Source: a candidate division WOR-3 bacterium (lineage in GTDB: Bacteria > Hydrothermota > Tepidihabitantia > Tepidihabitantales > Tepidihabitantaceae). From it: a DNA stretch of 64,000 bases. Made by a program: the position numbers and the translations under genes. The notes under the pieces were generated by a model. That model had not been told where the DNA came from and did no database searches. It saw only the letters and a program-made list of their open reading frames with translations. Positions 35,517 through 45,282 of the stretch are shown one piece after another; position 1 is the stretch's first letter, and every line of letters starts with the position of its first letter. The stretch lies in the NCBI GenBank assembly GCA_965649225.1, contig CBFGJX010000004.1, positions 22,230 through 86,229 of the forward strand, in the 5' to 3' direction.

Positions 35517-36369
35517 TTCGGCAACGCGTCACATTAGACTGTCGCCGGTGCCGAAGATCTGTAACGGCAATACAACGCCGGCGCCGGGCTGGCGGTGGTT
35601 CGGCCTGCTGGTGATATTGCTGTTCGGGAGTGTCGCGCCGGCAGCGCGGGTTGTCGCAGTCTACGACGGCGACACTTTCCTCACCGCCGACAGTCAGGCG
35701 GTACGAATGCTGGGGATCGATGCTCCGGAAAGTTACCAGCCCGGTGGTGATATCGCCCGCGATTTCCTCGAACGACTGCTGGCTGGTCGCACGGTGCGGC
35801 TGGAGAGTGATGCCCGCGACCGGGATGACTTTGGCCGATTGCTGCGCTATGTCTATCTCGGTGATACCTGCGTCAATCTACTGCTGGTACAGCGGGGATA
35901 TGCCGCGGTGAGAGTGTACGGCGACAGCCTGATGCTGTATGACACACTGCAGCGACTGGAAGAGACCGCGGCGCGCATCGGCCGGGGGTTATGGGCGTTC
36001 AATGTTTTCCCGCCACCCTCGATGAGACTGATTGAGCAGCGAATCGCCGCGCTTGCCGACTCAACAGGCGATGGGCTTGAAACTGTATCCTACGAGAATG
36101 CGGGTCAGTATCGCAACCGGCTGGTCCGGGTTGTGGGCCGGGTAGTCGGTACTTACCGCTCGGACAAGGTGTTGTTGCTCAATTTTCATCAGGACTATCG
36201 TAACCATTTCAAGGTTGCAATTTTTGCCGCCGATTTGGGCAAGTTTCCGCCGACACCCGAGGATTATTATCAGCAGCGGCTGGTGCGGGTGACCGGGGTG
36301 GTAAAGGACTACAAGGGAGCGCCGGAGATTATCGTCCGTGACCCGGAGCAGATTGAGGTGCTGGAGTGA
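35509..36369 (+). CDS. Exported thermonuclease (SNase) with C-terminal OB-fold
   Basis: 'YDGDT', 'GIDAPE', 'DDFGRLLRYV', 'GRGLW'. Confidence 0.85.
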   Translation: MVDSATRHIRLSPVPKICNGNTTPAPGWRWFGLLVILLFGSVAPAARVVAVYDGDTFLTADSQAVRMLGIDAPESYQPGGDIARDFLERLLAGRTVRLESDARDRDDFGRLLRYVYLGDTCVNLLLVQRGYAAVRVYGDSLMLYDTLQRLEETAARIGRGLWAFNVFPPPSMRLIEQRIAALADSTGDGLETVSYENAGQYRNRLVRVVGRVVGTYRSDKVLLLNFHQDYRNHFKVAIFAADLGKFPPTPEDYYQQRLVRVTGVVKDYKGAPEIIVRDPEQIEVLE

Positions 36370-37643
36370 TGCCAGCGGAAGGTCCGCAGGTCAGTGTATC
36401 GCCACCGCCGCAGCGGCGACCAGTGCTGTTCTGGGTGCTGGCGGTAATTATTGTTGCCGTCGCGCTGCTGCTGGTTGCGCGTCCCCGGCACCGGCGGCCA
36501 CCCTGCGGACCTGAACTGCCGGCGCCGGAATCGACATTCGCCGGTGGAACAAGGCTGCTCAGTGGCGAGGTGCTGGCGTCGGCGCTGACACGCTGGGGGC
36601 TCAGTCCGGAGTGTATTAACCGGGTTTACGCGGCGCTGGCCGGGACCGATTTTCCTTTCCGGGGAATGAAACCCGGGGATTCGGTGACATTCCACTACCA
36701 GGGCATCGTCCTTGTCGGGCTGACCTATCATCGGGATTTGGCGGTGGGCTGGCGGGTTGATTTCGACTCGGCCGGTACCCGGGCCTGTCAGGAACTGAAA
36801 AGGATCGACACCCTGCGGACGGTGGTGCGCGGAACAATCGAGGGTTCACTCTGGAATTCACTGATCGGTCAGGGTGAATCACCGGCGCTGGTCGTCAATT
36901 TCGCTGAAATCCTTGGCTATGAAGTCGACTTCCTGACCGAATGTGCCAACGGCGACAGCTACGAGATTCTGCTCGACCGGTTGTTTGTCGATTCGATGCC
37001 CTATCGGGACGGCCGGATTCACGCGGTTCACTACCGGGGTGCGGCGGGTGATTTCTACGGCTACTATTTTCGCAGTCCGAACGGACACTGGGACTATTAC
37101 AACGACAAGGGCCAGTCGTTACGCAAGACCGTGTTGCGGTCACCGCTGCAGTTCGCCCGGGTGACTTCACACTTCGGCAACCGGCTGCACCCGATTACCC
37201 GGCGCTGGCGTTCCCACACCGGCGTTGACTACGGCGCGCCGACCGGCACGCCGGTGAGCTGCGTGGCCGACGGCGTTGTCACGATGGCAAGGTACAACGG
37301 CGGCTACGGCAAGTTTGTCGAAGTTTCCCATTCCGGCGGCCTGAAGTCGCGCTATGGCCATCTTTCCAGCTACGGTCCCGGAATTGCATCCGGCCGGCGG
37401 GTGCGACAGGGACAGCTGGTTGGTCGGGTCGGGTCAACCGGTTTTTCCACCGGGCCGCATCTGCATTTTGAAATACTCCAGAATGGCCGGGCAGTGAATC
37501 CGTTGAAAGTGATTCCACCGCGGGCCGACCCGGTGCCCAAAAACCTGATGGCAGAGTTTGAGCGGGTCAAGACGGCGTGCCGGGCGCAACTGGCCCTGCC
37601 CGCCGGTCCGATTGTGCCGGCCGACACTGTCGCCGGACGCTAG
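36366..37643 (+). CDS. M23 peptidoglycan DD-metalloendopeptidase (MepM-like)
   Basis: 'HTGVDYG', 'YGHLS', 'STGPHLHFE'. Confidence 0.92.
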   Translation: MMPAEGPQVSVSPPPQRRPVLFWVLAVIIVAVALLLVARPRHRRPPCGPELPAPESTFAGGTRLLSGEVLASALTRWGLSPECINRVYAALAGTDFPFRGMKPGDSVTFHYQGIVLVGLTYHRDLAVGWRVDFDSAGTRACQELKRIDTLRTVVRGTIEGSLWNSLIGQGESPALVVNFAEILGYEVDFLTECANGDSYEILLDRLFVDSMPYRDGRIHAVHYRGAAGDFYGYYFRSPNGHWDYYNDKGQSLRKTVLRSPLQFARVTSHFGNRLHPITRRWRSHTGVDYGAPTGTPVSCVADGVVTMARYNGGYGKFVEVSHSGGLKSRYGHLSSYGPGIASGRRVRQGQLVGRVGSTGFSTGPHLHFEILQNGRAVNPLKVIPPRADPVPKNLMAEFERVKTACRAQLALPAGPIVPADTVAGR

Positions 37644-39743
37644 CTAGATTTTCAAGCCGACATCCAGATACCAGCTGCGGCCGGGAGCGGGATAACCGCG
37701 CGCGGTTTCGTAGCGGCTGTCCAGCAGGTTGCGCAGGCCGACTTCGCCGCTGACCGCTACCGGGCCAATTCGCGGCGCCAGCTGCACACCGACGTCGATC
37801 ACGGTGAAGCCAAGCAGTGTGTCGGTGTTGGCCGGGTCGGCAAAGCGCCGGCCGGTGTAACGGGCGGCGACGGTCAGCCGGGGGGCCAGGTTCGGCCACG
37901 CCGGGTCAAAATGCAGTTGACCATTGCCGGTCAAGGCCGGGCGGTAGGTCAGGACAAGCGATTCGGAGCGGGCATCGTTCCAGGTGCCGGACAGTTCCAC
38001 TGTCAGCGGCTTGAAGTGCAGGCCGGTCTCCAGTTCCAGTCCAATGATGCGGGCCCGGTCGATATTGACCGGCCGGAACCGGAAACCGCTGTCGGGTTGC
38101 CACTGAATCAGGTCATTGAAACGGCTGTAAAATCCGCCGATGCGCAGCCGTGCCGGTCCGGCACCGGTGGTGGCGATACCGATGTCGGCGGTGTTGCCGT
38201 GTTCGGGACGCAGACGCGGATTGCCATAAGTGAAAGCATCGGCAGGCCAGTAGAGTTCGTTGAAGGTCGGCAGGCGGAACGACCGACCGAGACTGGAGTA
38301 GATTTCCAGCGGCAGGGCGGAATCGGAATAGGTGGCCATGACCCTCGGACTCAGGACGGCGAGGGTTGAACGTTGCTCGAGCGAGTCCGCTTGGCCGGTT
38401 CGGCTGAAACTGCGGTCGTAGCGCAGAATGTGCGTAACGTCAAAGCCGTGCAGCTGGACGCGAAACTGAAAAGTTCCGGCGAGGATTGAGCGCTGCGGTT
38501 GACCGATGGCGCTGCTGTTCAGCCGCTGGTTGGAGTGCTCGGCAGCAAAGGCGAGGCTGAGAGAGCGACCGGCCTGCCAGAACTGGTCGACAATGATGCC
38601 TTCGACACTCGTCCGGTGGGTGTCGTTGACGGCCCAGCCGGGGTCACGGTAGTTCTGCCAGTTGCGGGCGGCATGCAACCGGATTTCGCTGCGCAGCGAA
38701 CCGCTTGGCTGCACGGAGTAACGGGCGATGAACTGTGCCCGGCTGTCGTCGCGCCGGGCGCTGTCGGATGGAAAGCTGACCGAGCCGGGGACACCGCGGC
38801 GACAGAGCGAGATTTCGCCGAGCAGGCTGGCACGATGCGGGCCGGACTGGAAACGGCCCTTCGCCATTGCCGCGGTCCGGGCAAAGTCGGCGTTGTTCAG
38901 CCGGCGGTCGGCACCGGTGCTGTCGGTGAAGACAAAGTCGTTGCGCGCGGCGCTGAGTTCGCCGGCGAAGACCCAGCCGAGCGGCGCAGTCCAGCCGGTC
39001 TGGCGGAATCCGACATGGCGGCCGCCGAAGGAGCTCAGGCCGCCAACAGCTTCAGCGCCGAGCCGATCCGGCTCCGGGGTGATGATGTTGGCCACTCCGC
39101 CCAGGGCGCTGGAGCCGAAGATGGCCGAGCCGGGACCGCGGGCCATTTCCAGCCGTTCGACCAGCGTCGGAGCAATCGTCGAGAGGTCGCCCAGTCCGTT
39201 CTGGGCCGAGTTCTGCGGGATGCCGTCAAGCGCAATCAGGGTATGCTCGGCGCTGGCGCCGCGCATGGTCAGGGATGAATAGTTGGCATAGTCGATGATG
39301 CCGGCGTCGGGAGCGGAACGGAAAACCTCGACCAGACCGGCCGCTGCCGGTCGGCGGACTGACTCGCGTGACCAGATTCGGACAGTGCCGGCGCGGTGCA
39401 GTGGAAGAGGAGTGCGGGCAGTGGAAACCGTCACGCCGTCGAGCCGCAGGGTAACCGGTTGCAGGACAATCACGGCAGAGCCCTTGCGGCCGGACCAGCT
39501 GGTTGATGCATAGCCGACCCGTGACACAATCAGCTCGACCGAGTCGTCTTCAGCCGACGCGACCCGGAAGCGGCCGAGACTGTCGGCAGCAATCCGCTGG
39601 CCGGTTGCCGGGACAAAAACTTCGGCAAATGGAACCGGCAGCCGGGACCAGGCATCGATTACCCTGCCGGCGATTTCTGTCGCTGGCATCATGCCGGGAA
39701 TAGCGACAATGAGGGCAGCAACGATCGGACGAAGAGGTTTCAT
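37644..39743 (-). CDS. btuB: TonB-dependent receptor, probable cobalamin transporter
   Basis: Plug 'RGPGSAIFGSSALGGVANIIT', 'GNPRLRPE', 'NLLD..YE...GYPAPGR'; cobalamin riboswitch upstream. Confidence 0.85.
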   Translation of the reverse strand: MKPLRPIVAALIVAIPGMMPATEIAGRVIDAWSRLPVPFAEVFVPATGQRIAADSLGRFRVASAEDDSVELIVSRVGYASTSWSGRKGSAVIVLQPVTLRLDGVTVSTARTPLPLHRAGTVRIWSRESVRRPAAAGLVEVFRSAPDAGIIDYANYSSLTMRGASAEHTLIALDGIPQNSAQNGLGDLSTIAPTLVERLEMARGPGSAIFGSSALGGVANIITPEPDRLGAEAVGGLSSFGGRHVGFRQTGWTAPLGWVFAGELSAARNDFVFTDSTGADRRLNNADFARTAAMAKGRFQSGPHRASLLGEISLCRRGVPGSVSFPSDSARRDDSRAQFIARYSVQPSGSLRSEIRLHAARNWQNYRDPGWAVNDTHRTSVEGIIVDQFWQAGRSLSLAFAAEHSNQRLNSSAIGQPQRSILAGTFQFRVQLHGFDVTHILRYDRSFSRTGQADSLEQRSTLAVLSPRVMATYSDSALPLEIYSSLGRSFRLPTFNELYWPADAFTYGNPRLRPEHGNTADIGIATTGAGPARLRIGGFYSRFNDLIQWQPDSGFRFRPVNIDRARIIGLELETGLHFKPLTVELSGTWNDARSESLVLTYRPALTGNGQLHFDPAWPNLAPRLTVAARYTGRRFADPANTDTLLGFTVIDVGVQLAPRIGPVAVSGEVGLRNLLDSRYETARGYPAPGRSWYLDVGLKI

Positions 39744-39777
39744 CGCTTGCTCCTTTCGCGCAAGTTTGATGATGCGC

Positions 39778-39930
39778 GTCAGACAGGTCTCCTGGCTTGC
39801 GGCCTGTTCTGTCGCCTTCCCGGCAGTCGCCAGTGGCATCGGACAGAACAGATTTTACGCCGCTTACAGTGGGCGGGACCGCAGCCGATTTGCACGGCTT
39901 TCCCTGTGCCGGGCAGACACCCGGCAACCG
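39778..39930 (-). ncRNA. Cobalamin riboswitch
   Basis: Reverse complement has AGGGAA...CCCGCCCACTGT...GCCACTG...GGGAAGG...AGCCAGGAGACCTG (B12 box); promoter TTGACC-16-TATAAT at 40006-39979. Confidence 0.92.
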
Positions 39931-40336
39931 TTTGCGCCGCAGCGCTCCGGTCGTCCGACGCGTTCAGATTCTGGCAGGATTATAGACCGACTGATGGACA
40001 GGTCAATTGCCGGCCAGGACAGTCGGGGTCAAAGAATGCTTGACAACCGGAGTCAGACCGCTAATATACCGGCGTAGGTTAGTGGCCAGACCGGAAAAGG
40101 ATGGGTAACCGGCCACGGGGGTACCTCTGTTGTACCTCAGTTCTTTGCAAGCTGGAATTCTCTGGGTCGATGTGACGCAATAGCTGTCCGGGGTGGTCCT
40201 TGTCTTTTTCGCGCTGGGCGCGAGAAAGGGGGTTACAGTCAGCAACCTGCTCGACAGCTGCCGCGGCAATGCCGCGAATGCAGACAAAAAGACCGTAAGA
40301 GGGCTTGGCGCCCGAAGGCCTTAGTAAGGAGGACAG

Positions 40337-41059
40337 ATGAGGTATGCAGCGATTGCCCTGTGCCTGCTGATTGGGGCCAGCGCAGTCCTGGCGAGCGATA
40401 CGCCGGACTGCCACTGGCAGCAGAAGCAGGCCTGGCAGTATCAGAACGGCAACTGGGTTCAGATGCCGCTCAACGACCGTGCCGCCCGGGCACGGGCCTG
40501 GTCGTATGTCACCGACTATCGTGATTCCTGCAACAAGGAAGTCTGGCGACTGGTGCTGAAGCACGAGGCGAGCGTCGCGCAGTGGATGGTCATCTGGATG
40601 AACGCCGATGGCTTTCACTGGGCCGTCCGTAAGCCGGGCGAGTACATCACCGACTGTGTCGAGTTCGGCTTCCGGAGCAACTACGATGTGGTGGTGACAT
40701 TCAGCGGTTTCGAGGACCTGCAGCCGCTTGATCCGAACAAGACCATCGACCAGGCGATTGAAGTGCAGTATGCGCTCAGCGATAACGGTACCGTGCCGCC
40801 GGCTCCGACCGATCCGGCCTGGACCACGGCCGCTGATCTGAACGACCTTGTCATCAGGGTTCAGGACAGCGAGAATCTGCACTACGTCGGCTGGAAGAAA
40901 CATATCTGGGCACGGATTCACGTGTCACCCTGCAACGGGCCGACCGACTACGTCGACCCGAACTGGGCAACTATCACCTGCACGTTGCAGTGCATCCGCG
41001 ACTGGATTGACCCGGCCACCGGGCTTTACAGCGGGATGCCCAACTTTCCGTTTCAGTGA
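40337..41059 (+). CDS. Secreted Trp/Cys-rich hypothetical protein (candidate structural subunit)
   Basis: Strong SD TAAGGAGG, signal peptide 'AVLA-S', strongly GC-biased third positions. Confidence 0.8.
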   Translation: MRYAAIALCLLIGASAVLASDTPDCHWQQKQAWQYQNGNWVQMPLNDRAARARAWSYVTDYRDSCNKEVWRLVLKHEASVAQWMVIWMNADGFHWAVRKPGEYITDCVEFGFRSNYDVVVTFSGFEDLQPLDPNKTIDQAIEVQYALSDNGTVPPAPTDPAWTTAADLNDLVIRVQDSENLHYVGWKKHIWARIHVSPCNGPTDYVDPNWATITCTLQCIRDWIDPATGLYSGMPNFPFQ

Positions 41060-41104
41060 TGATAACAGCTGACCTGCCCGCAGGGGCCGAGAAGGACTGA
41101 GTAG

Positions 41105-42691
41105 TTGCGTCTGTCTGCCTGGAGGATCGTGCTGGCCGCGGCGCTGGTGTCTGTGCCCGCCGCGGCCAGCTTTTCTGTCAGTCCGCAGTCGATTGTCACC
41201 GATGTTGTTGCCGGCGGGCGCAAGCGCGTCGAGATAACCGTCGTCAACGAGACGCCGACACCGCGGGCGCTGCGCTATTTTCCGGCTCCGTTCCGGCAGA
41301 AGCCGGACGGCAGCTATGAGATTGTCGCCGTAGCGGACCCGGTGCGGTCCTGCCATGGCTGGTTCCTGCTTGATACCGTTACGACAATACTGGGTGCCGG
41401 GGAAGGCAGGCTGATCCGGATTGATATCGATATTCCCCGCAACGTTCGTGGCACGTTCTTTGGGGCCGTGGTTTTTGATTTGATGCCGTCGGATTCGGTG
41501 CCGGCCGGGGGGGCGACTGCCGCAGTCGGACTGGTGATGAGAATGCCGGCATTTTTCGAGCTTACTGCCGGCGGGCGGCAGTTGCGCAGCCGAGTCGAGC
41601 TGCTGGACCTGACGGTGCTGACCCCGGCGGAGCTGGGTGGTATCTACGCCCGACGGCTTTCGCCCGATGCACTCGGCGTCAAGGCACGAATCCGCAATGC
41701 CGGACCGATAAGATTTGAAGTCGGTGGTCATGCCGTGTTGCGTGATTCGCTTGGTCGGCGGGTGAAGTCTTTTCCGCTGGGCAGCGGGACGGTGCTGCCC
41801 GGGGCCGAGGTCGAACTGCGGTCGATACTGGCGCCGCTGCGCCGTGGCCGCTACACGCTGGACGTTGCGGTTCGGGCCGGTTCAGGCAGTCCGGCGAAGG
41901 GGAGTGTGGTCTTTCATGCCGGCCGCAAGACGAGGTTAGCGGCAACGGCAGTGACGGTGCCTCAGCTCGATATTTCCGTCAGCCCGGATCAACTGGAGAT
42001 GGTTCTCCCGCTGCGTTCAGTGCGTACCCGGCCGGTGGCGGTTCGCAATGAGACCGACCAACCGGTACGGTTGCGGGCCAGTCTGCGCGGTCTGCAGGGT
42101 TTTGTTGACGGGACAGTCGATCAGACTGAGGCCAACGGCACGGCCAGAGATTGTCGGAGCTGGACCAGAGTGGAGCCGGCGGAACTGACTCTGGCGCCGC
42201 GGACGACACAGAATGTTCGGTTGACATTCGAACCGCCGGTCACTGCAGCGGGAGGGCAGTTTGGCTGTCTGTATATCGAGCAGGCCGACGGAAAGGCGCA
42301 GGGCCGGGAGGCGCCGTCTTTTGCAGTGCCGCTGTTGTTGACAGTTGAGGGGAACTACCGGCGCAGCATTGAAATCGCCGGGGTAGCGGGCAGCCCGGAG
42401 TCGGGTCTGGTTGTGCGACTGGTCAATACCGGAGATGTGCATTTGACACCGACAACACGGGCTGCCATCAAACGGGCATTGCAGCCGAATCCGATCGGGG
42501 AGGCCGATTATCAGCCGGTGGGGACAGTGGAGCTTGATTCTGGCATTGTTTTGCCGGGAGATACGATCACTGTTACCGGGAAGTACCAGGGCAGTCTGGC
42601 AGAAGGGGAGTACAAGATGGATATCGTTGTTGATTGTGGCAAGGGCCTGAGTCGCAGCACGACCGGCCAGTTCAAGGTGGGGAAACGATGA
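41105..42691 (+). CDS. Periplasmic protein with two tandem PapD-chaperone-like Ig units
   Basis: Signal peptide; 'SVSP...V.NET...C..W' and 'NAG/NTG...G.VLPG' each occur twice. Confidence 0.65.
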   Translation: MRLSAWRIVLAAALVSVPAAASFSVSPQSIVTDVVAGGRKRVEITVVNETPTPRALRYFPAPFRQKPDGSYEIVAVADPVRSCHGWFLLDTVTTILGAGEGRLIRIDIDIPRNVRGTFFGAVVFDLMPSDSVPAGGATAAVGLVMRMPAFFELTAGGRQLRSRVELLDLTVLTPAELGGIYARRLSPDALGVKARIRNAGPIRFEVGGHAVLRDSLGRRVKSFPLGSGTVLPGAEVELRSILAPLRRGRYTLDVAVRAGSGSPAKGSVVFHAGRKTRLAATAVTVPQLDISVSPDQLEMVLPLRSVRTRPVAVRNETDQPVRLRASLRGLQGFVDGTVDQTEANGTARDCRSWTRVEPAELTLAPRTTQNVRLTFEPPVTAAGGQFGCLYIEQADGKAQGREAPSFAVPLLLTVEGNYRRSIEIAGVAGSPESGLVVRLVNTGDVHLTPTTRAAIKRALQPNPIGEADYQPVGTVELDSGIVLPGDTITVTGKYQGSLAEGEYKMDIVVDCGKGLSRSTTGQFKVGKR

Positions 42692-43926
42692 AGCCGGGGA
42701 TGTTGTTACCACTGTTTGTGCTGATTCTGGCATCGGGGCTGTGGGCACAGCCGGCGCAGGAAAGCGGGACCACGACATATCTGCCCCGACTGGACACCAT
42801 CCGGGTCAGCAATGTCTTTTTTGAGACCGACTTGCAGCAGGCACTGGCGGACATCAGTGCCCAGAGCGGTGTCCAGATTGTTACCGACGGAACGGTTGCC
42901 GGTTCGGTATCGGTCGAACTGCGGGCGACGCCACTGGAAGAAGCACTGGCCCGGATTCTTTTCCCGCTGGGCTATACGTTCCGGCAGGTGCGGGATTACT
43001 ACGTTGTCGGAACGGTCCGGCCGGACGGGGCGGCGTTTCCATTGCTCTCGAGCAGCGAGGTGCTGCGGCTAAACTACATCCGCGCTACCGATGCGGCGAA
43101 GCTGCTGGCAGACTACTACGCTCCCTACATCAAACTCAGCCCCGAGACCAACACCCTGGTCGCCACTGCCCCGCCGGAAATAATCCGCAGCATCCGACGT
43201 GACCTGGCCGGCATCGACGTGCCAAAACGACAGGTGACGATCGAGGCGACGGTGCTCGAGATTGCCAGTGATGCCGGGAGAAGTCTGGGTGTTGACTGGA
43301 GCAGCACGCTGCTCAATGGCAGCGATACGGTGCTGCGCGCCATCACCGGCATCGGCGCAATCGCCGACACGACACTTTCGCTGATAGTGCGCAAGCTCTC
43401 CGGGCGGCTGGGTTCGCTTGGTTTCTCGATGCTGCCTTCGCTGCAGGCGATGGTGCAGGACGGCAAAGTGGAAATCAAGGCCAATCCGCGGGTCGTGACT
43501 GCCGACGGGCAACCGGCCGAGATTGCCGTTGGCAAAGAGCAGTACTATCAGTTACTGTATTCAGGCGGAGTCTATCCGACCTACCGGCTGGAAAAGATCG
43601 AGTATGGTGTGTCGATGACCATCACGCCGTATGTTGCCGCCAACAACGACATTACGGTCTATGCCGAGCCCCGGGTGAGCGATGTCGTCGGTACCGGGCC
43701 GGACAATCTGCCGATAGTCAGCAAGCGCTCGGCCCGTACCCGGGTGGTGGTGAAAGATGGTGAAAGCATCGTTATCGGCGGACTGGTGATGCGGCAGGAG
43801 CAGCTGGTCCAGCGGCGGATACCGATTCTGGGCAGCATTCCGATCGTCGGGTTCTTTTTCAGCAGCACGCGCAAGGTTGTCAGCAACAGCGAAGTGGTTA
43901 TCATTATTACTCCGCGATTGAGTTGA
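42688..43926 (+). CDS. Secretin (GspD/PilQ family) with STN domain
   Basis: 'QVTIEATVLEI', 'ANPRVVTADGQPAEI', 'VKDGESIVIGGL', 'IPILGSIPIVG', 'IIITPRL'. Confidence 0.9.
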   Translation: MKPGMLLPLFVLILASGLWAQPAQESGTTTYLPRLDTIRVSNVFFETDLQQALADISAQSGVQIVTDGTVAGSVSVELRATPLEEALARILFPLGYTFRQVRDYYVVGTVRPDGAAFPLLSSSEVLRLNYIRATDAAKLLADYYAPYIKLSPETNTLVATAPPEIIRSIRRDLAGIDVPKRQVTIEATVLEIASDAGRSLGVDWSSTLLNGSDTVLRAITGIGAIADTTLSLIVRKLSGRLGSLGFSMLPSLQAMVQDGKVEIKANPRVVTADGQPAEIAVGKEQYYQLLYSGGVYPTYRLEKIEYGVSMTITPYVAANNDITVYAEPRVSDVVGTGPDNLPIVSKRSARTRVVVKDGESIVIGGLVMRQEQLVQRRIPILGSIPIVGFFFSSTRKVVSNSEVVIIITPRLS

Positions 43927-44582
43927 TGATGCGTCGCAATAAGTTTCCGGGTCTGGTGGCGGTCCTGGTACCGCTGGTGCTGTTCTGCCGGCCGGTGTCG
44001 GCGCAGCGAATCGGCCGGTCGCTGGCCGAGCGGGTTGATGCCCGCAGCACTTTCTTTTTCCGGGTCGGCATCTCCTCGCCGGCCGGGCGCGAAATCAAGG
44101 ACGAATTCGGCCCGCGCATTCCGCTCGGGGTCGAGCTGCGCACCAATACCCGTTACGGTGTCGGCACGAGCCTGACCGTGGACGGCTGGTGGGCGCTCAG
44201 CGGCCCGGATGATGCAGCGTCACTGTTCCTGCCGCTCAGTGCCGGATTGTATTATTCCTATCCTTTGCTTGACAGCGCCGTTGTTCCCTATGGCGGGCTG
44301 TTCGCGTCGGCAGCCTGGGGCAGTTTTGTCTTTGCCGCCGACTCGGCGGTGCGCTGGCACGGACTGGGGGGTGGCGGCGGGATTTTTGCCGGAGTCGAAG
44401 TACCACTGCTGCATACGCTGACGATTCGACTGGACAACCGGCTCTATGCCGGCAGCATCAGCGCTGAGGCCGAGCAGCGAGAGACGACCATCCAGCAACT
44501 GCGCCGGCGGCGCATCAGAACCTCGAACTTTTCGTTGATGCTCGGGATGACGATGGGCTTCAACGATCTGTTCTGGTGGTAG
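43926..44582 (+). CDS. Small outer-membrane beta-barrel (OmpW/OmpA-TM-like)
   Basis: Signal peptide, amphipathic strands 'VVPYGG', 'AGVEVPL', aromatic C-terminus. Confidence 0.6.
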   Translation: MMRRNKFPGLVAVLVPLVLFCRPVSAQRIGRSLAERVDARSTFFFRVGISSPAGREIKDEFGPRIPLGVELRTNTRYGVGTSLTVDGWWALSGPDDAASLFLPLSAGLYYSYPLLDSAVVPYGGLFASAAWGSFVFAADSAVRWHGLGGGGGIFAGVEVPLLHTLTIRLDNRLYAGSISAEAEQRETTIQQLRRRRIRTSNFSLMLGMTMGFNDLFWW

Positions 44583-44605
44583 TCCCGGTCCGTACAACAA
44601 AGAGT

Positions 44606-44990
44606 TCGAGGCGGGTCTGTAAGCCGAGTTCTGTACCGGCCTGAGCCGGTGACGGTCATTTATCTGGGTTGGCGGTTACCCGTCAACCTCAAGCGACGCA
44701 CCCGGGAATCATAGCGGACCGGGCCAGTCCTGTTCCCATATTCGTCTTGCACCGGCAGGGTTTGTCCGCCGGCGCCGTCGCCGCCGCCGGCAGTGCGCTC
44801 TTACCGCACTTTTTCACCCTTACCCCGCCAGCAAGTCCGAAGTTTGAGCTGCGGACGGGGCGGTATGGTTTCTGTGACACTTTCCGTCCACAGGCCGTTT
44901 CCGGCCTGCAGCCTCGCTCTTGACGAGTGCCTTGCCCTGTGGTGCTCGGACTTTCCTCCCGTTGCCGGGCGACCGTCCGACCCGCCTCGA
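44606..44990 (-). ncRNA. rnpB: RNase P RNA (type A)
   Basis: Reverse complement contains GAGGAAAGTCC and ACAGAACTCGGCTTAC; terminal TCGAGGCGGG/CCCGCCTCGA P1 helix. Confidence 0.95.
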
Positions 44991-45282
44991 TTACAGTGTA
45001 GCGCGCGGCCGCGGCCAAGGCAAGAGCCGGGGACACCCGCCGGCGACAAATGGCCAGCGGGGTTTTGCGGGACAGAAACGGAGCGTGCGAGCAATTGCAG
45101 GGATGGCAGATACTTGCAGGCGGGGATAAATCGCCGTAATGCCGCAAGGCTTTCTAAAAGGCCGTCCCAGAACCGTTGGGAGGGCGGCATTGGGGTGGCA
45201 GGTGCCGGCAATCGGCGCCCGGACAGCCTTGGGTGTCCTTTGTGTCGCTTGCCTGCGGGCAACCAATCGGCTAGGCTCAGTC

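Noticed and set aside
40140..40240. c-di-GMP-I riboswitch ('gacgcaatagc')
   Set aside because: GGCAAA...GAAA tetraloop/receptor architecture not recognisable
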